A model generated the notes under the pieces. It saw only the letters and a list, made by a program, of their open reading frames with translations, searched no databases and had not been told where the DNA came from. Positions 9,574 to 18,814 of a DNA stretch of 64,000 bases are shown here, piece after piece (the stretch's first letter is position 1; each line of letters begins with the position of its first letter). This DNA comes from a virus (Duplodnaviria > Caudoviricetes): IMG/VR virus record IMGVR_UViG_3300011560_000001, positions 32,001 through 96,000 of that record, one strand, 5' to 3'. The translations under genes were made by a program, and so were the position numbers.

Positions 9574-11010
9574 ATGCCCTCCATGCCAATATGTGATACC
9601 GCGTTTGAGCCGTGGGATGGCACACACGCATATCGCATTGACGGTTATGCTGAACCGTTATATGACCTGGAATTAGGGTGGGCATGTATTAATGAATCCG
9701 GCCATACCGTGTTGGTTATCACCTCCGACAATATGTTCCAGTACATTCCTGGTAGAGTTGAGGACGGTAATACATTCAGGATCGTACGACGTTCAAAATT
9801 TCGTAGTCCTGTAATAGTTGACAGCCATGACGTATCTAATGCGAATGGTGCATTCAGAAACTTCGTCTACGCGGGTAGACGTCGGGATATACTCCGTGTT
9901 AAAAACGGAACAGGTTATGCAATAAGGAAACCGCATATCCGTCGTATCGTTAACACAGAGAAAATACCGCGTCTATTAGACCAGCAAGACTGGTACGATA
10001 CGCTGGACGAGATATGTCAAATTGACCTCAACACGTTGAACTTTAATCAACCTATTTATGTCGCGCAAATCAACGTGGCAATCGTAAAAGTTAAAGGAGA
10101 ATACAAAAGCGCAGACCATGTTACGAAAGGGATTGATCACCCCTACATCGCAACCTGTGCGCGGAGCTTAACAGGAAAGACAGAGGGTTTCCGGATTCTC
10201 GGAACACAACTCACTATCCATTGGACGCCGCCCGACTTTCATAACCCGTACAGTCTATGGGTTAACGTGCTGGGAAAAGCGTTCGAAATAAAGCCAACGA
10301 ATGGCGCAGGCGCGCCAGGTATGTTGGTTACCTTCGGGAATAATGACTCCATCTTCGTACCGGTCGAAGATTTGGAAAAAGAGATGTGGAAGTACAATGT
10401 TTTTCCGACACGCGAATCGGCATTGCATTGGCGCGACCCCATCCAAAAAGAAGCCTACAAAAATGATTTCGACCAGCGTAGCTACGAACGTAAGGCATCA
10501 GAAGAAACCCTTAAAGGGGTGATGGCTGAAATGCGACGTATGGCGGATGAACACAAGGCAGTTATCGCACAGATGCATGAGGCGCATCGCGCTGATGCAA
10601 AGCTGCGTGATGAACAACATAAAGCCGAACTCGATCAGCTTAAAGACGAACAAAAACGTAGGATGGAACAACACCAAGCCGAAATGAAACGTCAAGATGA
10701 TCTACGTAGACAAATACACGAAGATTATCAAGCTGATTTAAAACGTCGTGATGACGAGGCTAAACGCAAACATGAAGAATTCGTCGCTGAACTTCGTCGT
10801 CGAGACGAAGAATCCAAACGTAAGCACGACGAGTTTGCTGCTGAGATACGTCGACGTGATGAAGAGGCAAAAAGACAACGTGAAGCGGAAGAAGCGCGAC
10901 GTCAACGTAACGTCGATGTTTGGAAAGCCGCTGCGAGTATAACTGCGGCCGTTGTCGGTATAGGTATGACCTTTTTCAAGATTCTTGAGAAGGCGTCATC
11001 GAAAAAGTAA
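9574..11010 (+). CDS. protein with long charged helical repeat and C-terminal hydrophobic anchor
   Basis: About 478 aa; 18-aa E/R/K repeats; C-terminal WKAAASITAAVVGIGMTFFKIL; GGAGG RBS. Confidence 0.75.
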   Translation: MPSMPICDTAFEPWDGTHAYRIDGYAEPLYDLELGWACINESGHTVLVITSDNMFQYIPGRVEDGNTFRIVRRSKFRSPVIVDSHDVSNANGAFRNFVYAGRRRDILRVKNGTGYAIRKPHIRRIVNTEKIPRLLDQQDWYDTLDEICQIDLNTLNFNQPIYVAQINVAIVKVKGEYKSADHVTKGIDHPYIATCARSLTGKTEGFRILGTQLTIHWTPPDFHNPYSLWVNVLGKAFEIKPTNGAGAPGMLVTFGNNDSIFVPVEDLEKEMWKYNVFPTRESALHWRDPIQKEAYKNDFDQRSYERKASEETLKGVMAEMRRMADEHKAVIAQMHEAHRADAKLRDEQHKAELDQLKDEQKRRMEQHQAEMKRQDDLRRQIHEDYQADLKRRDDEAKRKHEEFVAELRRRDEESKRKHDEFAAEIRRRDEEAKRQREAEEARRQRNVDVWKAAASITAAVVGIGMTFFKILEKASSKK

Positions 11011-11046
11011 CTTTAATCTGCTTAAGCAACTTTCTGAAAGGAGTGT

Positions 11047-12846
11047 GTGATGGATCCTAGATTCTGCAAAGCTGTCGCTGAGCTTGCACCGAAGATGAAC
11101 GAGAAGATAGCACGCAACATCGTCGTCGATAAGATGCAAGATGTTGAGTCCTATGTTGATCGTCTTTGGCGGAACAGCAAAGATAGTTTACCTAAGGATC
11201 TGGTGTATCATGGCCTGCGTCGTTGTATGGCCCGCGAACAGTTCCACTACTTAAGCGGAGGAAAGAAAACCAAAGGGAAGGATAGCGGTAAACTGACGTT
11301 CGACCTTGCGCCTTCCGATGTGTTCATGGTGATGTTAGAATTCCGCTGGTACGGCGCGATGGAAGCAGGTGACCGTCGTGAACCCGGCAAGGATTACTGC
11401 ATCATCCGGCATCCTCTCCTATTACCCGCGGTAGGTCAGGGTGGTAAGATGCGTCTACGTGGTGCGAACTTCATTCTCAGTGCGGTACTCGCTGACCCCG
11501 TAATCAGTTACACGAAAGACATGGCGTTCATCATGCTTCCGCGTGACAAAATCACGGTTAAACGTACACCGTATCAGTTCCTGAGCAATGATACACCGAC
11601 CGGTATCGATTATCGACATTACTTGTCATTGCCCTGGTCGCAAATCTATCACCTTACCAAACAAAGCAAGGTGAACGGGGACAACATCAACCACACCAGC
11701 GTAACCACGTTGGGTCATTATCTCTTTGCGAAATATGGCGTGGGTGAATGTTTCCGACGTTTCGCAGGCGTCGAAGCGATCACCGGACGGAATCTCGCTG
11801 AACGTGATTTTCCGCGTGACCAATGGGTAATCTATCGCACCATGGGGGTTATTCCTAAAGGCTTTAGTATCAGCAAAAGCGGTAAAAGCCGTAGCGCTAG
11901 CGCTGTACGTTATAAACATCCTGATATTCAAATTGCTGTAAGACGTGGAGGCACGGAACGTATTGTTCTTGGCCTTGTCGGTGCATTCTTGTATCTCATC
12001 GACCGTTATTACGATCGTTTTCCGGAAGACTATCCGGTTGAGGAGTTCGCGAATGCGCCAGACCATTGGCGTACATTACTCGGTTTGATTATCTTTAATA
12101 ACAACAATGCGGATGCGCGTTTGTTGCGTGATGTAAACCACCACATCGACAGTCTCGATCTTTACGTTGATGAAATTCAACAGAAGAAGTTCAAACAGGA
12201 AAATATTCCTTGCGACGACTTCTACGAATTTATGGCGTATCTGATTGACAATGTCACTATCGAAATGAGTCGTGTTGATACCACGACGATGTTCGGTAAA
12301 GAACTGATGGTGTTGGAATACGTCATGGAGGATGTGCGTAAGAGCATCTTTAAACTGGGGTTCCATCTTAAAACCACTGAACGTGGTAAACGACAGAACA
12401 ACCGGAAAGAGATGACCAATCGCGATGTACAAAAAGCGTTACGTAATCAAGTTGCAACAGAAGCGATTCTCAACATCCAGAGCAATCGTGATAAACGCGA
12501 GAAAGTGGCAACCTCGATTCAATCACCTGGTGACTGCATGCTGTTCAAAGTAAGTACACATGTTGTTCTCCAGAGTCAAAATGCGGGCGGTGCTGCATTG
12601 GCTGACGAGAGTCGTTTGGTGAGCGGTTCCATCCCGTTCTGCGCGAGCTATCTGAATCTTCCGCACTCCGAACCAACCGGACGCCAGAAGTTCAGTATGT
12701 ACGCACCTATTGACGATCGTGGTCGGTTAATCATTACCCCACAAATCGCAAATGACGTTGCAGCAACAAACGCAGGCTTGAAGAAAGACGTCGGTCGATT
12801 CGATGAAGAAATTGTAGAAATTAACGATCGTGACATAATCGATTGA
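11047..12846 (+). CDS. non-virion RNA polymerase beta-like subunit, N-terminal part (phiKZ gp123-like)
   Basis: LLLPAVGQGGKMRLRGANF and PHSEPTGR resemble beta regions; position downstream of MCP. Confidence 0.75.
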   Translation: MMDPRFCKAVAELAPKMNEKIARNIVVDKMQDVESYVDRLWRNSKDSLPKDLVYHGLRRCMAREQFHYLSGGKKTKGKDSGKLTFDLAPSDVFMVMLEFRWYGAMEAGDRREPGKDYCIIRHPLLLPAVGQGGKMRLRGANFILSAVLADPVISYTKDMAFIMLPRDKITVKRTPYQFLSNDTPTGIDYRHYLSLPWSQIYHLTKQSKVNGDNINHTSVTTLGHYLFAKYGVGECFRRFAGVEAITGRNLAERDFPRDQWVIYRTMGVIPKGFSISKSGKSRSASAVRYKHPDIQIAVRRGGTERIVLGLVGAFLYLIDRYYDRFPEDYPVEEFANAPDHWRTLLGLIIFNNNNADARLLRDVNHHIDSLDLYVDEIQQKKFKQENIPCDDFYEFMAYLIDNVTIEMSRVDTTTMFGKELMVLEYVMEDVRKSIFKLGFHLKTTERGKRQNNRKEMTNRDVQKALRNQVATEAILNIQSNRDKREKVATSIQSPGDCMLFKVSTHVVLQSQNAGGAALADESRLVSGSIPFCASYLNLPHSEPTGRQKFSMYAPIDDRGRLIITPQIANDVAATNAGLKKDVGRFDEEIVEINDRDIID

Positions 12847-12880
12847 CACCTAATCGAATAAATAAAAGGATTGTAAGAAG

Positions 12881-15472
12881 ATGTATAACGGTAACAACAT
12901 ATACCAACAAATGGGCTATAGCGAGAACCCGTACGCAAGCACGGTTCGATTTGCAGCTGACCAGGTGCGTCAACAACAGTACCAGCAACCGCAATATCAA
13001 CAACCTCCGTACCAACCCCAGCAACCGGCTTATCCACAATACGGGGGCGGTTACCAACAACCACCGCAATACCAACCTAATCCAGCATATCAGCAGAACT
13101 ACCAGTTCATCACCAACGAAGGAAATATCGTCAAAATCCGTCAGGCTATCTTTAATGTCCTGAAAGAGCATGCCCAGCAAGACGATATTCAAACACAGTT
13201 CGTGGCACGTTACGCCAATAACAACGAGGCGATGGAGTCACTTGTTGAAGACTGCTGCTGGAACGTATTCTCTTACATCAACCCAGCACCTCAGAATGCT
13301 TCAGTCGATCAGATTATCGACACCGCGGTACGTACAACGATACTTATGCATCTTGTACAGTGGCTCTTTGAGGCCAATCAATATCCTGAGTATTATCGTG
13401 CAAAGGAATTAACGCGCATTAACCCGGAAGCAGCGAATAAGTACACACAACTGAATCAAGGTGGAACTCTGAGTCAAATCGCGCAGAAAACACGTGCGTT
13501 GAAATCGCAGGTAACGCAGTTGGGAATGACCTATCGCGGACCGCAAGCAAACGCGATGGTCAACACCGGATACGGTCAACCTCAACAACCTGTGTATAAC
13601 ACGTACGGTGGAGCTTATCCTCAACCGCAGTACCAACCTAATCCAGCGGTTATGCGTGGTATGGCTCCGACAATGCCAGGATACGGCACACAACCTCGAC
13701 CAACGGTTGTTCAGCAGCAAGCACCTTCGTATATGGATTCGAAGGAGTGTGCATTCAACCGTTTGTACGATGTTGGTGATGATGACCCAGTTGACGATAA
13801 ACCTGCTCCGGCAGCAACACGTCGGGAAGCACCACAAACGCGTATTTACTCAACCCATCCTGAAGGAGATATTGGTGGTATCAACGATATCTTTGCAGCG
13901 GCTGAGCAATTTGCTGAACAGTACGAAGAGCCAGAATGGCATGTTAAGGCTGGGCAGCAGAAACCCGTTCAACCTGAACCTGCGCAGGTGAAACCAGAAC
14001 CCGTTCGTACGGCTCGTTCTGCTACGGTAACAAAGACCGTTAATCCAATTGATGCGACCGAAGATGCTAAGCGTTACGGTCGTGTTGTTCAACATGAAGA
14101 ATTTATGCAGATGCGTCTGAAAGCCAAAGACTTTGCACCTAATAGTCGTTGGCCGACGTTGTATGACTTCAGGCACTTCGCTCGTCGGGCACGTATCGAC
14201 GAAAACGGAATTCTTCATGAAACCATTGTCGACATTACATCCCTCACGGAGGAAGAAGTGGAATACATCGAACTTGAATCAGACCCAACCGCTCGTCGTA
14301 TGGCAGAGCAGGAAATGGCAAAACTGGATCGTATCGCGCAAGCAGAAGTTGTTCGTGTTAGTCTTAACAAGCCTGTTCAGCGTGAACCAATCGTTGTCGG
14401 CGAGCAGCGCGAAATGAAACTGTTTACCGTCACCGATGCGATCGCAGCGTCAAGCGTTGAGGATGCTGAAACCAAAGCTTCAGTGGCGATCATTCAGCAG
14501 ACCAACACCGACGTCAACCAAAACGACGCATTAGCATTCCTGGCTACGGTCAATTCCTATCTGGGAACCTATACCGACAAAGAGCTGGATGCAATCCATG
14601 AATTCCTGGATGCTTTGTCTATTGATAAAGGTCGCAGCGACGATATCAAAGCTTATCGTCAGATCATGCAACAGTATCGAGATGTCATTCCTCTGCGTAT
14701 CTGGCATTTCCTGAACGATAGCATGACCAAAGACGTCAATAAGCTGATCAAACGTATCGTACCGAAGAACTTCTCTGAAACCACCATCTCTAGCTTCGTT
14801 GATGATATCGGAGAACTGTCCGGTTGGCTGATTCACGATCTTAAAATGGACCAGAAGTTCATTGAAGATGAATTCGCCAATTGCTACTACACCTGGGTCA
14901 ACATGCTGAAGTGTCTCTACTGCAATCGTGATGGCGAAGGTCAGTGGAACATTCGTCTTTCCATGGCTGAACTGTACAACATGCATGACTACCTGAAAGC
15001 CGCTCACGAAAAATCAGCAGCGAATCGTGAACGTCATCTGGTTGCCATGAGTGAGTATCGTGCAGAACTGGAGAAAGATGGCTCTCTGGATGCTGACGAA
15101 ATCGAACGTCGTTTGGCGGATGCGGCTACCGAAGACATGCGTGTTAATCCAGACATCGTCACTGACGAAGATAGCAACGATGCTTACTGGTTCAATCACA
15201 GCGTATTCGCGATGCGTCCGCATGTTGTTGTTCGCGTACCGACCAACGCCAAGATTCTGAAGCTGAACCAGAGCGGTTACACTCACGCATCGGCTGCAAC
15301 CAACCCAAGCATTGCTCGTATGCTGGATCAGGTGTTCAAGACCTTCGAAACCAAAGTAAAAGGTCTGCAATCTGTTACCGTGATTCTGAGTGATGATACT
15401 CGTCTGAAAGCAGTACGTACGGTAAACGGTATTACCGCTTCCGAGTACCTGCTGGAACGCGACGAACAGTAA
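12881..15472 (+). CDS. large conserved protein with Q/P/Y-rich low-complexity N-terminus
   Basis: 863 aa, AAGGA RBS, follows the nvRNAP subunit. Confidence 0.8.
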   Translation: MYNGNNIYQQMGYSENPYASTVRFAADQVRQQQYQQPQYQQPPYQPQQPAYPQYGGGYQQPPQYQPNPAYQQNYQFITNEGNIVKIRQAIFNVLKEHAQQDDIQTQFVARYANNNEAMESLVEDCCWNVFSYINPAPQNASVDQIIDTAVRTTILMHLVQWLFEANQYPEYYRAKELTRINPEAANKYTQLNQGGTLSQIAQKTRALKSQVTQLGMTYRGPQANAMVNTGYGQPQQPVYNTYGGAYPQPQYQPNPAVMRGMAPTMPGYGTQPRPTVVQQQAPSYMDSKECAFNRLYDVGDDDPVDDKPAPAATRREAPQTRIYSTHPEGDIGGINDIFAAAEQFAEQYEEPEWHVKAGQQKPVQPEPAQVKPEPVRTARSATVTKTVNPIDATEDAKRYGRVVQHEEFMQMRLKAKDFAPNSRWPTLYDFRHFARRARIDENGILHETIVDITSLTEEEVEYIELESDPTARRMAEQEMAKLDRIAQAEVVRVSLNKPVQREPIVVGEQREMKLFTVTDAIAASSVEDAETKASVAIIQQTNTDVNQNDALAFLATVNSYLGTYTDKELDAIHEFLDALSIDKGRSDDIKAYRQIMQQYRDVIPLRIWHFLNDSMTKDVNKLIKRIVPKNFSETTISSFVDDIGELSGWLIHDLKMDQKFIEDEFANCYYTWVNMLKCLYCNRDGEGQWNIRLSMAELYNMHDYLKAAHEKSAANRERHLVAMSEYRAELEKDGSLDADEIERRLADAATEDMRVNPDIVTDEDSNDAYWFNHSVFAMRPHVVVRVPTNAKILKLNQSGYTHASAATNPSIARMLDQVFKTFETKVKGLQSVTVILSDDTRLKAVRTVNGITASEYLLERDEQ

Positions 15473-15521
15473 TTGACGATGGGTATTGTTAACGCGATAC
15501 CCTAGTTGATAAGGAAACCCT

Positions 15522-15797
15522 ATGAGTCATTATAAACTCATTACTGTCCCGATGGACGCAAAGGACTTACGCGAAATCGTTTTAGCAACCGAAGCAATCC
15601 AAATGGATGCTGTACTGATGGCGTACGAACGTTACCAGCTTTTCCTTTCGGTAAACGCTACGGTAGCCCGTATGAAACAGAAGTACCAGGCTCAGCTAAC
15701 CGTAATCGACCAAGGTGCTGTGATCCCACCACACCCTAGTTGGCGCGTATTGCGAAGCAACCTCACCACAATTGAATCGTGGTTAACCTCGAGATAA
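15522..15797 (+). CDS. small hypothetical protein
   Basis: 91 aa with AAGGA RBS. Confidence 0.7.
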   Translation: MSHYKLITVPMDAKDLREIVLATEAIQMDAVLMAYERYQLFLSVNATVARMKQKYQAQLTVIDQGAVIPPHPSWRVLRSNLTTIESWLTSR

Positions 15798-15814
15798 GTT
15801 AAATAGCGCATAGC

Positions 15815-15848
15815 CCTTCTCCCCTTACCTTACGGGTTGGGGAGAAGG
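15815..15848. terminator. repeated hairpin element copy 4 (convergent junction)
   Basis: CCTTCTCCCC-TT-ACC-TTAC-GGG-TT-GGGGAGAAGG flanked by GCATA...TATG. Confidence 0.7.
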
Positions 15849-15877
15849 TTAACTATGTGTTATTTTTTTACATCCGT

Positions 15878-18787
15878 TTAGACAACGCCACCTGAAGTGT
15901 CGTCTTCTGACGTTGTGTCGGTAGTCGTTTCCTCAGATGTGGTTGTTTCTTCTGTTGAGGTTTCCTCCATCGTTTCGGTATCGAAATCGGTATCTCCGAA
16001 ATCGTCACCGCCACCGAAGTCATCAGAAGAACCGGTATCGCTACTTGAATCGGATGACCACGAACCATCAGATGAAACGCTGCCGTCCTGTGCTTGAGCT
16101 CCCATCTTCTCTTCAATCTTCTTCGTCAGATTCTGGATATACAATGCAAAATCACCCATGCATTTACCCATGACTTCAATATGTTCCATGGACATACGTT
16201 TCCAATCTTGCACGGCATTCTTCTTATCGTCAAGACTGAAGAGATCAGCCAGCTCCTGATTGAAGTTGTTCTCTTTTGCCCACGTACGCATCGCGGTACC
16301 AATAATGCATGCGCGGATCATCTGCAGCGTTGTTTCATCAACCCCACCCAGACCCATGACGTAATCAGGCGTTAAATAATCATCAAGTTGCGCAGTAATC
16401 GCTTCCTTGTACTGATTATATTCACGTACCTGGTCTTCAAGGCGACGAGCATTGCTATCCGGTAAACGCACACGCAGGCTGTTTAAGAACATGGACACAT
16501 AAGCATCGGCAATAACTTCCTGGACTTCTGGTTTAGTGTAATCCAGATCCATTGTTGCTGATTGGTCGTCAATCTCCTGATAGGCGTTAACGTTACGGAT
16601 AACACCGTTTTCGAAATCGCTACCAAAAAGCTGCTTCAATTGTGCCTGGGAGAGCTTAGACATGTTCGCACGAACCGTGTTTCGTAACGACGTCAACAAC
16701 ACGGGACTGTATGCCGTATATTTCTTGATGTGGTCCGATAACCCATTCGTGATCACCTCACGACAAACCGTGAACTGTTTCTCTTGCATCGCGTTAGCTG
16801 TAATCACAGAAGCTGCGAATTCAGATTGGTAGGAAGTATCGATAATCTCCGGAGACACACCCAAGCCCATGAAATGGTCACGACGGTAACGATCCATCAG
16901 CTCATTATCAGGAGACTGATAGTTACGCTGCTCAACACTGACGTCTGTATTCAATTTCGGGAAGCGTGGGTTATTCCCCTCAACCTTCAATCGAATCGAG
17001 CTTCGTTCATACGCGTTGATGATATCCATCGGGTTAGTTTCACCCAACGGGAAACCAGACTGGTAGACACGAGCGAAACTATGCAGCGCTTGTTCGACGG
17101 TATCGACCGGGTTTCTGTCGGTGTCTTCAAGCATTACACTCAGCGTCGTATAGTTCAACGAACTTTTGATTTTTGCCATCAGTTCTTGAACCATGAGCAT
17201 GGCTCGTTGCGACGAGATCATCTTCGTACTTTCAAGCAGCGAACGACCGATACCGTATTTGTTGTATTCATAGGCGATGTAAGTCACCATCTCTCGAGGA
17301 ATAAACAAAACACGGGTCTGCTTGTGAGCGAGGCTACGGGCAAGCATCGACAGATAAAACGATGATGTCGCGCCGATTTCCACCGCACTGCCAAGATAAC
17401 CGTTGACAATACGTTCAACGATGTAACGTTGCATCAGCGATTCGTACGACGATACGAAGGCCGACATGTCTACCTGATTACATGACGTACCTTGGATCAT
17501 GTTCTTGGCTGCACCAATCATCTCGCTCGCCATGCCGTTGCTTGACGTGCCTGCGATATCTGCAGTGATCTTCGACAACCGACCTTCCAACTGCTTGTAA
17601 TACGCAGCATCTTCAACCAAACGCACCGGATAACCAAACTCATCCAACTGAACCAAATATCCGATATGGTTCTCCGGATCACCAGGCGCATGTACAGGTT
17701 CTAATGCCTCAGGTGGTACGTGCATCACACCAGGATGACCGACGCTTTGACGATCGAGTGTATCTGGGGTTGCCAGCGCGTAAACGGGAGATACCTTGGT
17801 GTGACGCTGGATGTTGAGTTTATTCCAGATCTCGTTAACCTGTTCTTGCGTCAGCTCACGTCGGTTAGCGGTTAGGGTTGGGTCACCTGACAGCGTTACC
17901 AAACCACTACCTCCTAACGTGTTTGCACGTAACGCACGTTGTACCGCGGTCGCCGCTCGACGCTGATGCAGAATGGGCATGCGGAGGATATCCGGGTTAT
18001 CGACAACCGTAACCATATCCGGAATATCGATCTTCGCTTCAATGAATTTACCGTCCTTATCACGAAGCAGGGTATTGGTAAATTTAATGCTGTCTATGCG
18101 AACAACAGGATCGTACGGTATGGTTTCATTAACGCCTGAGAAATAATCTTCCATCGAAACCGTCGCAGGTAATTGATTTTCGTGGCGTTTACGACTGTCG
18201 TTACCTAGAAGCCCCCAACTTGCAAAATGGTTGTCTTTAAATCCGTATTCTTCAAGTTTCAGTTGACCGTTACCATTAATAGCGCGGTCGAGCGTGCTTT
18301 CCGGCAGAACAACGAAGTTATAACTACCCTTGATAAAGAAGACGTCTTCGATGATACGCGGGATAAGCGTCTTTATTTTATAGATATTCTTAAAATGCGT
18401 GTCGATGGTATCGATCATCGGCTGAACGATTTCTGCGACTCTGCCGGGGAAATCTTCGCTGTCGATAAACATCTCGACCGTCTTAAGATCGTTAGGGTTC
18501 GTCAACGCGGCAACATAGATCTGCATCACGCGTTTAAGTTCAGGGAACAACTCGAGGATGTTTTTATTATCCTCGATGTTTGTCGCGGTCGCACGCGTAA
18601 CCGTGTTCATCGTCATTTGGTCGGGAACAACTAACCCGAAACGACCGTTCGCTCCTTCCGCATCACGTGTATTATAAAGACGTGACTGCGGAGCAGGAGC
18701 GACAAATTTGTTCATGAGTGCCTTCGCAACGTCATTATTGCTCATTTGACGTTCGAGGGCGACGCGCCCTTTATTTATATCGTTCAT
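15878..18787 (-). CDS. portal protein (phiKZ gp129-like)
   Basis: 969 aa; VH.PGDP.NHIGY.V.LDE.G.P and YNKYGIGRSLLE segments; acidic C-terminal tail; divergent from a large virion gene. Confidence 0.75.
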   Translation of the reverse strand: MNDINKGRVALERQMSNNDVAKALMNKFVAPAPQSRLYNTRDAEGANGRFGLVVPDQMTMNTVTRATATNIEDNKNILELFPELKRVMQIYVAALTNPNDLKTVEMFIDSEDFPGRVAEIVQPMIDTIDTHFKNIYKIKTLIPRIIEDVFFIKGSYNFVVLPESTLDRAINGNGQLKLEEYGFKDNHFASWGLLGNDSRKRHENQLPATVSMEDYFSGVNETIPYDPVVRIDSIKFTNTLLRDKDGKFIEAKIDIPDMVTVVDNPDILRMPILHQRRAATAVQRALRANTLGGSGLVTLSGDPTLTANRRELTQEQVNEIWNKLNIQRHTKVSPVYALATPDTLDRQSVGHPGVMHVPPEALEPVHAPGDPENHIGYLVQLDEFGYPVRLVEDAAYYKQLEGRLSKITADIAGTSSNGMASEMIGAAKNMIQGTSCNQVDMSAFVSSYESLMQRYIVERIVNGYLGSAVEIGATSSFYLSMLARSLAHKQTRVLFIPREMVTYIAYEYNKYGIGRSLLESTKMISSQRAMLMVQELMAKIKSSLNYTTLSVMLEDTDRNPVDTVEQALHSFARVYQSGFPLGETNPMDIINAYERSSIRLKVEGNNPRFPKLNTDVSVEQRNYQSPDNELMDRYRRDHFMGLGVSPEIIDTSYQSEFAASVITANAMQEKQFTVCREVITNGLSDHIKKYTAYSPVLLTSLRNTVRANMSKLSQAQLKQLFGSDFENGVIRNVNAYQEIDDQSATMDLDYTKPEVQEVIADAYVSMFLNSLRVRLPDSNARRLEDQVREYNQYKEAITAQLDDYLTPDYVMGLGGVDETTLQMIRACIIGTAMRTWAKENNFNQELADLFSLDDKKNAVQDWKRMSMEHIEVMGKCMGDFALYIQNLTKKIEEKMGAQAQDGSVSSDGSWSSDSSSDTGSSDDFGGGDDFGDTDFDTETMEETSTEETTTSEETTTDTTSEDDTSGGVV

Positions 18788-18814
18788 TTACACTGGCTCC
18801 TTGGAGGACCGATC

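Noticed and set aside
15868-16116. Alternative-frame ORFs over the portal 3' end
   Set aside because: By-products of the low-complexity acidic tail
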